64,000 nt of DNA from Nitrosopumilaceae archaeon (GTDB lineage Archaea > Thermoproteota > Nitrososphaeria > Nitrososphaerales > Nitrosopumilaceae), in assembly GCA_965214835.1 (NCBI GenBank), contig CBDCCK010000002.1, positions 2,880,001-2,944,000 of the forward strand, written 5' to 3'. This document shows positions 51,288-61,820 of the stretch, one piece after another; within the stretch, counting starts at the first letter, position 1, and the number at the start of each line of letters is the position of its first letter. A model generated the notes under the pieces. The model was not told where the DNA came from. It saw nothing but the letters and a program-made list of their open reading frames with translations, and made no database searches. Position numbers and translations under genes: made by a program.

Positions 51288-52138
51288 GATCAAAGTCTGT
51301 CAAGGGGGATAGGTACCTCTATCTTGTCAGGAGCATCTGGGATCCAAAAAAGAGCACCTCGCGGCAGGAGATCATAAAGTACCTCGGAAAGGCATCAGAG
51401 GTAAGGCCTGATGACATTCCAACAGACTACAGGCACGACCCAAAGATCGAGGCGTTTCTTGCGACAGGTACCGGAAGGGGGATTGTCGAAAACGAAAAGG
51501 CCGTGGCAAAGCTGCAAGACAGCACGTTCAAGGCGCTGACGGCAGGAGACCTAGACCGGGTAACCGGTATCTACGAGGCGTACTGCAAGGCCTCAAGCAT
51601 GTTGAGCTTTTATGACAATATTCTAAGGCCGACAATGTACAGGATTGGGAGGATGTGGGCGCAAAACAGGCTGAGCATAGCAGACGAGCATGTCGCAAGC
51701 AACATTGCCTCGGAGCTAATCAGCGTCATAAGCGAGAAGGGCTCCAGGCCCGAGAACAAGGCAAGGGTGCTCATTTGCTCCCCAAACGGGGAGGAGCACA
51801 ACTTGGGATGCGGTGTCCTGCAGTCATTCCTGCAAAGCAGGGGATACAGGGTGTTTAACCTGTCACCGTCAGCACCGTCAGAGGCCATAACGCACTTTGT
51901 AAGAGAGTCAAATCCGGACATTGTCTTGATTTCAATTACAACCAAGGACAGCATCAGGACGGGCCAGAGGCTGGTCAGGAGGATACAGGGGGAGAGGGAC
52001 ATTCCAATACTTGTCGGCGGACAGGCATTGGAGAACTCCAGCGCCAGGTTCGGCTGCAGGACTATTGTAAATCAGCCATTGGACAGGATCCTAAAGTCAA
52101 TCAGAGAGGAGCTAAAACGGTTCTATTTGGAATCATGA
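51275..52138 (+). CDS. Cobalamin-binding domain protein with N-terminal putative DNA-binding domain
   Basis: GRMW...ADEHVAS and GEEHNLG B12-binding motifs. Confidence 0.85.
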   Translation: MAYIRSKSVKGDRYLYLVRSIWDPKKSTSRQEIIKYLGKASEVRPDDIPTDYRHDPKIEAFLATGTGRGIVENEKAVAKLQDSTFKALTAGDLDRVTGIYEAYCKASSMLSFYDNILRPTMYRIGRMWAQNRLSIADEHVASNIASELISVISEKGSRPENKARVLICSPNGEEHNLGCGVLQSFLQSRGYRVFNLSPSAPSEAITHFVRESNPDIVLISITTKDSIRTGQRLVRRIQGERDIPILVGGQALENSSARFGCRTIVNQPLDRILKSIREELKRFYLES

Positions 52139-52376
52139 GTTCAAAAACAGAAGTACGTCTGCCCGGCCAGACAGGCCTTGTCAAATTTTGCCGTAAGATC
52201 CCCCATCGTAGATATGGAGATAAGCCGGCAGTTGTGACTCTTAAAATCGCCAATCATGGCTCCTTCGGCCCAGTTGACGCTCCGGTGGAAGGTCGGATTG
52301 TTCAACAGATTGATGGAAAAGTCAGGCAGCCTGCACGGCTTTTGATTATGGGGCGCTTTTCAGGCTTGCAGTGATC

Positions 52377-53588
52377 CTACTTTTTGGATGCGCTGACCAG
52401 GGAGATTACGTCCCGATCCCGCAGCTGATAGTCAACGGGCAGGCGCAGTTTGTAGCGAAGATCCTTTGCATGCAGGAGCCCCTTGGTGAGATCAGTGTGG
52501 ATCTCCCCTGCCAGATCCGCAACGGTCGCACCGTCCTTCATCAGGATGAGATCAGGCAGGACGTTGCCCTTTTTGTCCGAGAGCCTGCCTTCGTCGGCCA
52601 CGGGGTAAATCGAGTTCATTTTTAACAGCTTGAATACTGCGACGTTGATGGCAAACTGTACACCGGTCCTCATATACTCGCCCATGATGTCCTTGGTGAT
52701 AAAGTCCAGTGCGCGTCTTTGCCTATCGTTGAGTCCGGCATGGCGTAAAATTTCGAATTGTTCAGAGCCCGGGGAATACTTGATCAGCCCCTTTTGTTCT
52801 GCGCGCCTTAGGCTGAGCTCGCTGTCTGCGCTGGCAGGGACGACGATCATGTCGGCATAGCGCTCGCGCAGGCGGGCAAAGTTCTCGTCTGCGCCCCCAA
52901 CATCTATCTTGTTTGCGACAATCAGCGTGGGCTTGGATGTCCTGCGCAGGTGTGCGGCAAATTTTTTGCTGTCCTCGATGCCAAAGTCGTCAAGTGCCTT
53001 TTCATCCAGGCCGGTGGCACGCAGGGCGTCCCTTACATGGGACTTGCTGACTCCGACGCCCCTGTACAGTTCGGTTATGGCACCCACAAGGTCGTATCCT
53101 GACTGCACAAGCTTTGCAACCTTGTCCCGATTGCCTTCCAAGATTTTGCGGTACCACATGATCAGCTCCTCCTCTATGTCTGCAAAGTCAGAGATGGGAT
53201 CGCCGGTTCCCGCCTCGGAAATTTTGCCGGCCGAATCGATGCCTCCCGAGGCGTCGACTACGTGAAGCAGCGCATCAGACTGCGCTGCAACGGATAAAAA
53301 CCGGTTGCCCAGCCCCTTTCCCTGCCAGGCATCCTTGACTAGGCCGGGCAAGTCGAGCAGTTCGATTGGAATGTATCTCCAGCCATCAACGCACTTTGAG
53401 TTGTCAGGGTTGTCCTGAACCTTGAATTCGGGGTGGACGCAGAGGGTGATGGCGCTTGCAGTAGAGGAGGCCGGCTTTTTTGTGGTAAAGGGATATGTGG
53501 AAATTTCAGACGAGGACAGCGTTGCAGAGTTAAAGAAGGTGGTTTTGCCGGTGTTTGTCTTGCCAATCAAGCCAATCCTAATAGGCAT
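52377..53588 (-). CDS. ychF: YchF/Obg-family ATPase/GTPase with TGS domain
   Basis: GKTNTGKTT, YPFTT, DLPGL, ANKID, IHTDL. Confidence 0.88.
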   Translation of the reverse strand: MPIRIGLIGKTNTGKTTFFNSATLSSSEISTYPFTTKKPASSTASAITLCVHPEFKVQDNPDNSKCVDGWRYIPIELLDLPGLVKDAWQGKGLGNRFLSVAAQSDALLHVVDASGGIDSAGKISEAGTGDPISDFADIEEELIMWYRKILEGNRDKVAKLVQSGYDLVGAITELYRGVGVSKSHVRDALRATGLDEKALDDFGIEDSKKFAAHLRRTSKPTLIVANKIDVGGADENFARLRERYADMIVVPASADSELSLRRAEQKGLIKYSPGSEQFEILRHAGLNDRQRRALDFITKDIMGEYMRTGVQFAINVAVFKLLKMNSIYPVADEGRLSDKKGNVLPDLILMKDGATVADLAGEIHTDLTKGLLHAKDLRYKLRLPVDYQLRDRDVISLVSASKK

Positions 53589-53608
53589 GAAAACAATGCC
53601 GCTTTTTG

Positions 53609-53971
53609 TTATTTATCTTTGCCTGTGATTTTTGTCTCCAGTTTTTTGCAGGCGGCATCCAGCTGGAGGACCGACCATCTGATTTCGTCGATCTCATCGG
53701 CGGTGAGATCATCGTCCCACTTGTCAAGGACGGCAGAGCAGATTTGGTAGCACTGAGACAGCAGGTTCCAATAGGGGTGGTGCTCTGCAGTAGCCAGGGA
53801 CAGCTCTGCCACATCAGACAGTCCGTTTTTTGCCCTAGAAAGGGAGGTGAGGCGTTCCCCAAAGATCTTAACGGTGTCCGAATCCAGGTCGGTCTCTACC
53901 TTTAGCTTGACGTCGCCGAATTTTGTGATCAAAAGCTCCAGCTCTTTGTAAAACTTGGAAAAATCACCCAT
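53609..53971 (-). CDS. Hypothetical protein
   Basis: Clean ORF in an apparent operon between the CoA-binding gene and ychF. Confidence 0.7.
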   Translation of the reverse strand: MGDFSKFYKELELLITKFGDVKLKVETDLDSDTVKIFGERLTSLSRAKNGLSDVAELSLATAEHHPYWNLLSQCYQICSAVLDKWDDDLTADEIDEIRWSVLQLDAACKKLETKITGKDK

Positions 53972-54382
53972 CTAAAACAGCCTCCGACGCTCTGCTAGCA
54001 TGCACCGGTTAAAGACAACATCAACCCCTGCACCCTTGGCCAGATCCTCGGCCTCTGAATTATGAATCCCCTCTTGCAGCCAGATTACCCCGGGCCTCAT
54101 CTTGATGGCGTTTTCAACTATGGGCAAAACATCCCCGGATGGCCTAAACACGCTGACAATGTCAGCCTCGCCCTTTACTTTGGCCACGTCAGGATAGCAC
54201 CTTCTGCCAAGTATTTCATCGGCAGTGGGGTTTACCGGGGTTATGTCATACCCGTTTTCAGACAGGTATTTTGGAACGTAATGCGCTGCCTTGCCGGGGT
54301 TCCTTGACATGCCTACAACGACGACTCTCCTCATCGACAAGATAGATCGGATCTGCTCGTCGGTGTGCGCATCTTGCTCCAC
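53972..54382 (-). CDS. CoA-binding protein (YccU-like)
   Basis: VVGMSRNPGKAAH, PVNP, VFRPS, WLQEGI, NRCM; GTG start. Confidence 0.9.
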   Translation of the reverse strand: MEQDAHTDEQIRSILSMRRVVVVGMSRNPGKAAHYVPKYLSENGYDITPVNPTADEILGRRCYPDVAKVKGEADIVSVFRPSGDVLPIVENAIKMRPGVIWLQEGIHNSEAEDLAKGAGVDVVFNRCMLAERRRLF

Positions 54383-54449
54383 GCAGTAACCCAGGCAAGG
54401 AAGTATAAATTTCATAAAATATTTTAGGCGCCAGTTGCAAGATGATACC

Positions 54450-54983
54450 ATGAGATACGATCCCAAGCAGATCATGGTTCTAGGCGCGATCCAAGGAGGC
54501 GCCAAGAAATTTGACAATATTAGGAAGATTACAAATCTAGATCCCAAGGAACTAAACTCCATCCTAGAGGAGCTAGACAAGAGGGGGCTGATCCGGGTGG
54601 AGGAGAGGAAGAGCTTTTTTGGAAGAAAGGTCGAGATAACAAACACAGAGAGTGGCACAGGGGAGCTTGAAAACAGCATCGGTGAGATGGAGGCAAAGTG
54701 GGGAGAGATGAAAACACTGTACCAGATGCAGGACAAAAAGAGGCTCCGGGGCTTTATGGATGACAATAGATCGTTTTTTCCGATGATGATGTTCTTTGGA
54801 GTCATGGATATGATGATGTTCAGCATGATGTTTGGCATGATTGGATCCACGATGAGCAGCTATGTTCCAGCCGAAGACATGCCGGCAGGAGCCGAGGATC
54901 CGGGAGCCGCAGGGGAGGCGGGCCAGGACTACAGTGATCCGGGCCTGGATGACGGCGGTCTTGACTTTGATCTAGGATTTTAA
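54450..54983 (+). CDS. Winged-helix protein with Met-rich and acidic tail
   Basis: IRKITNLDPKELNSILEELDKRGLIRVEE. Confidence 0.75.
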   Translation: MRYDPKQIMVLGAIQGGAKKFDNIRKITNLDPKELNSILEELDKRGLIRVEERKSFFGRKVEITNTESGTGELENSIGEMEAKWGEMKTLYQMQDKKRLRGFMDDNRSFFPMMMFFGVMDMMMFSMMFGMIGSTMSSYVPAEDMPAGAEDPGAAGEAGQDYSDPGLDDGGLDFDLGF

Positions 54984-55133
54984 GCAAAGTGCATCGATGG
55001 CAATCCCATAACAAAGGAACAAGCACTCAAGACACAGCCATGGTTGCCCGGCTGCAGATGCGCCCAAGAGGAAGGGCCGGGACGTTCTGCAGGCAGGGAG
55101 GAAAATTACATAACACCGGCAAGCAAACCGAGA

Positions 55134-56141
55134 ATGATGTTTTACAACTCTTATGACAACATAGGACTAGTCAGGGTATTGTCGTTTTTAAAATCACACC
55201 ACACAGAATATTTGTCTGGACAGGATCTCAGCGACGTGTTAAAAATCAGCAGGGCTGCCGTCTGGAAGCATATCAAAACAATCAGGAGGCTTGGATACAA
55301 GGTGGAGGCAAGGAGGAGGCTGGGATACCAGCTTGTGGGGGATACGGACAGGCTGCTTCCCTGGGAGGTAGTTGCTGGACTGGATACAAGACGAATCGGC
55401 AAAAAGGCATACTACTTTGACGAGGTCGAGTCTACGCAAGACTATGCAGTAAGGCTGGCAAGATCAAAGGGCGAGGAGGGCTCGGTGGTGATTGCCGAGA
55501 GGCAGACGCACGGAAGGGGAAGGCTGCAGAGGAGGTGGGAATCCCCCGACGGCGGAATCTGGATGTCCGTCATTTTAAGGCCAAGGCTGGACGCAGATGC
55601 CCTGCCCTTGGTCTCAATGGCGGCAGGAGTAGCACTGGCAGACGCAATAGAGACCTCGGCAGGCATCAAGCCGAAGCTAAAGTGGCCAAACGACGTTGTG
55701 ATTGATTCAAAAAAGGTGGCAGGCATCATAGCGGATGCATCAATCGAGTCAAACCGCCAAGAGTACATCGTAGTCGGGACAGGAATCAACTTTGATGTAG
55801 ACTCTGAAAGGATGGAGGGGCTCCTGGGGGGGACTCCGAATTCCTACGGCGTGACGTCAATTGTGCAAAACAGCAAAAGTGCAACAAGGCTAAGGCTGAT
55901 CCAAGAGATCCTCAAAGAATTGGAGGAATGCATCGGCCTGCTAGAGGCTGGGAGGACGGACGCAGTCATCAAAGACTGGATGCGGCATTCTAGCACGATT
56001 GGGAGAAAAGTGACCGCGCTGGCAGGAGGGGTGAGGATTACGGGCGTGGCCGAGAGGATAGACGTGGACGGGGCGCTGATAATCAGGACGCCCGGGGGAA
56101 CACAAAGGGTGCTTGCCGATGACGTCGCCCACCTAAGATGA
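55134..56141 (+). CDS. birA: Bifunctional biotin-protein ligase/repressor
   Basis: HTH SGQDLS..LKISRAAVWKHI; QTHGRGR; KWPND; KKVAGI. Confidence 0.93.
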   Translation: MMFYNSYDNIGLVRVLSFLKSHHTEYLSGQDLSDVLKISRAAVWKHIKTIRRLGYKVEARRRLGYQLVGDTDRLLPWEVVAGLDTRRIGKKAYYFDEVESTQDYAVRLARSKGEEGSVVIAERQTHGRGRLQRRWESPDGGIWMSVILRPRLDADALPLVSMAAGVALADAIETSAGIKPKLKWPNDVVIDSKKVAGIIADASIESNRQEYIVVGTGINFDVDSERMEGLLGGTPNSYGVTSIVQNSKSATRLRLIQEILKELEECIGLLEAGRTDAVIKDWMRHSSTIGRKVTALAGGVRITGVAERIDVDGALIIRTPGGTQRVLADDVAHLR

Positions 56142-56459
56142 CCTTCTGCCGGCCTTCCGCCCGGCCTTCCGCCTGGATCCGGCCTGCGGTTTGTCGGGGA
56201 TCAGCCGGCTTTGATCATGCAGGACGCCTTTGAGCTCGTCTTGAATCTCAAGGACCGACTTTAGCAGGGACTCAAGGCTTGTAACGTATTCCTCATAGCG
56301 CGATAGCAGCTCAGTCTTTGACGAGTCAGACCTTTGAAGGTGCTCGTTTTGTCTCAACAGGTTCGCAGACTCGATCATCTCAGGCATGTCAGGGGGCATG
56401 GGTCCCATGGAGGCAATCTCGGACCTAAGCTGCTCTATGCGGTTCCTCAGCTCGGCCAT
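56133..56459 (-). CDS. Hypothetical coiled-coil protein
   Basis: Clean ORF, helical composition. Confidence 0.6.
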   Translation of the reverse strand: MAELRNRIEQLRSEIASMGPMPPDMPEMIESANLLRQNEHLQRSDSSKTELLSRYEEYVTSLESLLKSVLEIQDELKGVLHDQSRLIPDKPQAGSRRKAGRKAGRRSS

Positions 56460-56593
56460 TTGGCGGCCCGCCCCTAATCCACTCACGGTGTTTTTTGACA
56501 AAATCCATTGTTAAAGCTTTTTCTGCCGGACAGACGCGTGGCACGGCAAAGGGTGAAAGTATGTCTAAATACGGAATTTGTGGAGATTATCCA

Positions 56594-58009
56594 ATGAAGG
56601 TGAGGGCCCTGTTCATAGCGGTGGTTTTTGCCATCGGCGGCATTTCTGCAGCCCAGGGGAATCCGGCAGACGGCGCAGAAAGGCTGTTTGATGAGGCAGC
56701 AGTGCACTTTATGGAGGGGGAGTACCAGCATGCAGTCTCAATTTATGACGACATCCTGGAGGCGCTGCCAGGCAATGTCGCCACGCTGAAAATGAAGGGG
56801 GTCGCTCAAAGCAACCTGGGACACCATGAAAAGTCGCTGGAGCAGTTCTTCCAAATCCTGCAGCAGGATCCAGATGATCCCCACGCGCTGGCCGGGATGG
56901 GGGTGGGCTTTGGCTACCTAGGCGAGTACCACGAGGCAAAAAAATACTTTGAAAGGGCGGCAAGGATAAGCCCAGAGAGCACGACCATACAAAACTACAA
57001 CGAATACATCTCCAAGGTCATATCAAAATACCCGTACACGCCGACTGAAAAACCAGCGCGGCTACTAGAGCAGGAGACTGCCACGCATATTCCCAGCTGG
57101 GTCAAGGGTACCACACTGGCTTGGACTGCAGGGATGCTCGGCGACAGGGAGTTTTTTAACGCAATCGAGTTCCTGATTGAGCGCGGGGTGATTCGAACTT
57201 CAGCTACAAGCTCACAGGCGGTGCAGGGCGTTCCCCCCTGGGTTCGGGAAGGCGCAAGTGCGTGGGTCGAGGGCACCACAGATGGCAGGACATTTGCGAC
57301 CGGGATAGAAACTCTAGTCAAAAACGGAGTGATCTTGGTGGAGCGTGCAGTGGAGGAGAAAACCCAGGAGGAGCTGGACTCGGAGCTGCTTTACTTCAAG
57401 CAGTACCTGCGGAGGATTTCAAGCGATATTGCGCAGGAGAGGCGATACATAGAGTTTCCAAACCCCAGCCAGGATGTGATTAAAAAGTTCATGCGGGACT
57501 ATGTAAAGTGGAACTTTGAGGAGGAGGCAAAAAAGGCGTCCTCAAAATTTCCCGATCCCACATATAGCATCATAGACGACGTGGTGGTTCTAAGATACAA
57601 GATTTACGTCAACGAGCAGCCGACTGGGCTGCCCCTGGATCACGCAGGCACCCTGATGGAGTCGATAGAATACTGGGAGTCAGAAGGGCTTAGCACCGGC
57701 GGCAAGAAGCTCAGGGTAGAGTTTGAGTACACAGGCTTCAAGCACGAGGCAAACGTGTGGGTGACATGGGTAGTCAGGAACATCGGTGAGGGGGTACTGG
57801 GACACGCGCATTTGGGAAAGGGGATAGTGGAGGTTGCGCTTGGGGATTACAACTGCGACGGAAGCTTTCAGCTCTATGACGTGGACTCGGTGGAGCAGAT
57901 CATGAGGCACGAGTTAGGACACAGTATAGGGCTACGGCACGTCGATGACCAGCACAGCATAATGTATCCGTACTACAAGCCAGGCTACGCCTACTGCCTG
58001 CTGGGATGA
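56594..58009 (+). CDS. Secreted TPR + metzincin (matrixin/M57-like) protease
   Basis: TPR repeats, two IPSW/VPPW repeats, HELGHSIGLRH and Met-turn SIMYP. Confidence 0.88.
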   Translation: MKVRALFIAVVFAIGGISAAQGNPADGAERLFDEAAVHFMEGEYQHAVSIYDDILEALPGNVATLKMKGVAQSNLGHHEKSLEQFFQILQQDPDDPHALAGMGVGFGYLGEYHEAKKYFERAARISPESTTIQNYNEYISKVISKYPYTPTEKPARLLEQETATHIPSWVKGTTLAWTAGMLGDREFFNAIEFLIERGVIRTSATSSQAVQGVPPWVREGASAWVEGTTDGRTFATGIETLVKNGVILVERAVEEKTQEELDSELLYFKQYLRRISSDIAQERRYIEFPNPSQDVIKKFMRDYVKWNFEEEAKKASSKFPDPTYSIIDDVVVLRYKIYVNEQPTGLPLDHAGTLMESIEYWESEGLSTGGKKLRVEFEYTGFKHEANVWVTWVVRNIGEGVLGHAHLGKGIVEVALGDYNCDGSFQLYDVDSVEQIMRHELGHSIGLRHVDDQHSIMYPYYKPGYAYCLLG

Positions 58010-58118
58010 CATTCTAATTATATAAAATGAGAACGATTAGCTTGACCTACACACAAATCACCCCAAGAATAATTGTAAAAGGATAATAAAGGAAATTGCC
58101 CATACACTATAACAGATT

Positions 58119-59027
58119 ATGAGTTCGGTATCAGAGCATCGATGCCCGTCTTGCGGTAAGAAGAAGATGGTCACCGATGACAATTCAGGGGAGGTGTTTT
58201 GCGCCAATTGCGGCTTTGTAATCACAGACAAGATCGAGGACATGGGTGCAGAGTGGCGCTCCTTCTCAAGTGACGAGACCAACCGTACACGCGTAGGCGC
58301 GGGAACATCGCTGACCATGCACGACATGGGGCTATCGACGATTATCGGCCAGGCAAACAAGGACTCTACGGGCAAGCCGCTGTCTGCAAGCGTAAAAAGC
58401 TCCATTGAGAGGCTCAGGACGTGGGACAGCAGGACGCAGGCACACTCGTCGGCGGACAGGAACCTGCGCCAGGCCTTAAACGAGATGGACAAGCTAAAGG
58501 ACAAGCTGGGCCTGACAGACGCGGTAATCGAAAAGGCAGCCTACATATACAGAAAGGCCATGGAGAAAAAGCTTGTCAGGGGCCGCTCGATTCAGGGGCT
58601 GGTGGCAGCATGCCTTTATGCATCATGCAGGAATACAGAGACGCCCAGAACGCTCGATGACATTGCAAATGGGATCAACATCAGAAGAAAGGACGTCGCA
58701 AGGTGCTACAGGCTGATTTTCAGAGAGCTGGAACTGAAGATGCCCGTAGTAGACCCCGTAAAGGGCGTATCAAGGATAGCAAGCATTGCGGAGTTAAGCG
58801 AGAAAAGCAAGCGGAAGGCAATCTCAATCCTGAACAAGGCCAAAGACATCGGAATCGTGGCAGGAAAGGATCCCATGGGGATTGCGGCCGCCGCGCTGTA
58901 CCTTGCATGCATCAGCACGGGGGAGGTAAAGTCCCAAAAGGACATCTCGATAGCGTCAGGGGTGACCGAGGTTACGATTAGAAACAGGTGCGCGGGGCTG
59001 CGCAAGATCATCCAGGACCAGGACTAG
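58119..59027 (+). CDS. tfb: Transcription initiation factor IIB
   Basis: CPSC...CANCG zinc ribbon, EWRSF, two cyclin repeats, GVTEVTIRNR. Confidence 0.96.
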   Translation: MSSVSEHRCPSCGKKKMVTDDNSGEVFCANCGFVITDKIEDMGAEWRSFSSDETNRTRVGAGTSLTMHDMGLSTIIGQANKDSTGKPLSASVKSSIERLRTWDSRTQAHSSADRNLRQALNEMDKLKDKLGLTDAVIEKAAYIYRKAMEKKLVRGRSIQGLVAACLYASCRNTETPRTLDDIANGINIRRKDVARCYRLIFRELELKMPVVDPVKGVSRIASIAELSEKSKRKAISILNKAKDIGIVAGKDPMGIAAAALYLACISTGEVKSQKDISIASGVTEVTIRNRCAGLRKIIQDQD

Positions 59028-59578
59028 CCGAGCTCTCCAGCCGTGCTGCCGCGCCTGGCAGTGACCACAAAGATTCCAACCGTGATTCCAGACTGGTATC
59101 CTGCATACATGACCACCTCAAACAGCTCGGGAACATAGTCTGTGAAGCGGCTCAGGGCCGCCACAGTCATCATAACCACACCCAGTGAAAAAATGAAATA
59201 CCTTGCGATGCTTGGCAGCTCCGCATGACGGAACACCAGTACTAGCGAGACCGAGACGAACAGCGCAAGGACTGCGCCAAACCCGGTGTGCAGTCCGAGT
59301 GCCATAATCACAAAATCAACTCCCTGGTCTACGGTCTGCGGAAACGCCACGTCGGAGATCGGGATCTTGTCAGGATTTGCAAACCTTAGGGTGTTTGCAA
59401 CCGCATTTGCAGAAAACAGGGCCAGCAGGACTGCAGAGGCAATGCGCGCATGAGTCCTCAGCCTCGGAAACCGGCGCCTGATCCCCCTGCCAAGGATTGC
59501 GCCCTGGACTGTGCCTATCCCCAGGACTATTACCATGCTGGCAAGAAGGTTCTCCTCGGCAGCCTGGAGTATGTCCAT
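59024..59578 (-). CDS. Hypothetical multi-pass membrane protein
   Basis: About five hydrophobic segments. Confidence 0.7.
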   Translation of the reverse strand: MDILQAAEENLLASMVIVLGIGTVQGAILGRGIRRRFPRLRTHARIASAVLLALFSANAVANTLRFANPDKIPISDVAFPQTVDQGVDFVIMALGLHTGFGAVLALFVSVSLVLVFRHAELPSIARYFIFSLGVVMMTVAALSRFTDYVPELFEVVMYAGYQSGITVGIFVVTARRGSTAGELG

Positions 59579-59970
59579 GCAAAGCTGAATCCGGCGGATC
59601 ATAAATTAGTGTTGAAGCCCAAGTAGCTGTACAGCAGGCCATGGAAGCGGCGGGATCCAGTGATTTGCTCTGGTCTCGGCGGGATCCGACGGAGGATCAG
59701 ACAGTACGCGATCCCAGCACGCCGCCAGCAGAGGCGAGCGCGTCTCCTCGCTTTTGCAGGCAGCCACTGTAGTCAACTCATAAAAAAGTGGATAGTTTTG
59801 ACAATTGCTTTTGGCCCAAGGGTCTAGAATCAGGCAAACCGCACGCGCATGCATGGAAAAACAGACAGAATTCGCGACATCAGGGGGCAGATTCCTGCCA
59901 GGCAAGGCACCCATGCCTTTGCAAGGCGTACCAGACCGGCAAAAGGGAACACGGCAGGCCGCCGTTGCAG

Positions 59971-60880
59971 TCAGCCCGTCAGGTATCGGAACATCCTTAC
60001 CGGAAGGATCTCGCGCCTGGCAGACAGCCTTCGCACGGACCGCTCCATGTCATCAAGAGTATCAAATATCCGGGCAGACAGCCTTCGCTTTATCTTCCTG
60101 TACCGTATCTCGACGGGGTTGAGCTCCGGCGTGTACGGCAGTGTGTACTCTAGCAGTATCTCACCGTCGTACTTTTCCAGCGTCTCTTTCACGCCGCCGG
60201 ACTTGTGGTATGACGCATTGTCCAGGAATATCAGCACCTTGCCGTATCTTTCGTGCACCCTTTCTAAAAAGTCGCAAAAGCTGCCGCCGTTGGCCTTATA
60301 GAACATAAAGTGAAATATGCCTGCTGCCAGTACGGTAAATCCCCCTGCCGTCTTTTCCCTGATCAGATTCTGTGCTGCCTCCTTGAACTCGTTTTGCTTG
60401 TGTTTTGAGGCGGCCTTTGGGTTCTTTGGCCTTGATTTCTTCCAAGCGAACCCAAGCTCGTGTGCCAGCAGCCGCGTGCCGCTACTGCTGTACTGCACGC
60501 CGAATTTTTTCTTGATGTGCCGCCTCATCAGGCGCGAGTCCCACAGGCTGCCCTCAAAGCCGCAGTCCCCGGGACCCGGCTTGAGATCCTCGTCAAGCTG
60601 GCTCAGCTGCGACTCGCTCAGCTTGTGCTTGCGTCCCCTGCCTGCGCGCTCGTGTCTTGCGCGCATTCCCTCATCCTGTGCGCGGTTGAGCCACCGGGAT
60701 ATGGTGGAAGTTGCCCGGTCGAGGCTCCTTGCTATCTGTTCCGTACCAAGGCCGTCCTTGCGCTGCATGTATGCAAGCAGCCCGTCGCGTTCTCTCTTGT
60801 CAGCTGCCTTCTTGTACGCCTCGTGCAGGTAGGAGCGCCTCGTGTTTGGCAGGAACTCGTCTCCCGATGCCACGGATTCC
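59971..60880 (-). mobile_element. IS630-family transposase with an internal deletion
   Basis: HTH, KSRPKNPK, FLDNASYH, LPYTPELNPVE; the first catalytic D region appears deleted. Confidence 0.85.
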
Positions 60881-61232
60881 TTTCTCTTTCTGTCTATGCA
60901 TATGCGTATGCCTTGCCCGGTCTTAACCTTTGGATTAAAAATAGTTGCCAAAGTTGTCCGTTTTTTTATGTGTTGACTATGCAGCTCCTTTTGGTCTAGG
61001 CCCCGCCGACTTGGCTTGCCACCGGGCGGAGTCTCAAACGCTGGTGGCCACGGCCGGCTCACGGCTAGTACGCACACCAAAAAATCAACCGTGGTTTTGA
61101 CACATCATGCCTGTTTTGATAAAAAACGATAGATTCTCGACTGTACGCACTACAAGGGGGGCTTTGCGGCACCTTCCCTGAAGGCAGCCAGGACAGCGAT
61201 CTATTTATTGAGATCCGCTACGGGGGTATAGT

Positions 61233-61820
61233 ATGCCTGAGGAGGCCAATCAGAGCATGGGCGAGTACTATAGGCACATGTCGGTGTTTTGGAGCGACCT
61301 GATACACCTGATGTCAAGCAAGCCACAGGCCCTGACGTCGGTGGGCCCGATGAGAAACTTTGCAGCCAATGCAAAAAAGATCACCGGAGAGCTTCGGGGG
61401 GCAGGCGAGGATCTGGCAGAGTTCAACAAGTCGCTGATGGAGTACTATAGGCAGCTAGTCGAGACATGGAACGAGGCGCAAAAAAAGGTGGACCTCAAGG
61501 CACCCAGCATTCCAAAGGACGCAGAGCAGTTTGAGGCGTACAAAAGGATCTGGATTGATATTTTCGACAATGACTTTACAGAGCTGTTTGACTCAAAGAG
61601 GTTCGGGGAGAATTACGGCACGCTGATTGCCAAGGAGTTGGAGCTGACAAAGCACTGGAACAACATCATGAATGTAATGTTGCAGTCTGCCAACCTGCCA
61701 AACAAGCAGGAGGTAGACGAGGTCTACAGGGAGCTGCACTCGCTAAGAAAGAGGGTCTCAAGGCTGGAGGCGCAAAGCAGGAAGAGGGGAGGACGGAATG
61801 CAAAACCAGGCAGACAGTAA
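61233..61820 (+). CDS. phaE: PHA synthase subunit PhaE
   Basis: WIDIFDNDF...NLPNKQEVDEVYRELHSLRKRV; overlaps phaC. Confidence 0.88.
   Translation: MPEEANQSMGEYYRHMSVFWSDLIHLMSSKPQALTSVGPMRNFAANAKKITGELRGAGEDLAEFNKSLMEYYRQLVETWNEAQKKVDLKAPSIPKDAEQFEAYKRIWIDIFDNDFTELFDSKRFGENYGTLIAKELELTKHWNNIMNVMLQSANLPNKQEVDEVYRELHSLRKRVSRLEAQSRKRGGRNAKPGRQ

Noticed and set aside
53972-54850. 292-aa extended CoA-binding ORF in the track
   Set aside because: The extension is the antisense of the wHTH gene; the real start is likely the GTG at 54382.
59660-59700. CGGCGGGATCC repeated twice as another integration scar
   Set aside because: Only 11 bp with a 29-bp period; does not fit the 71-76 bp geometry.
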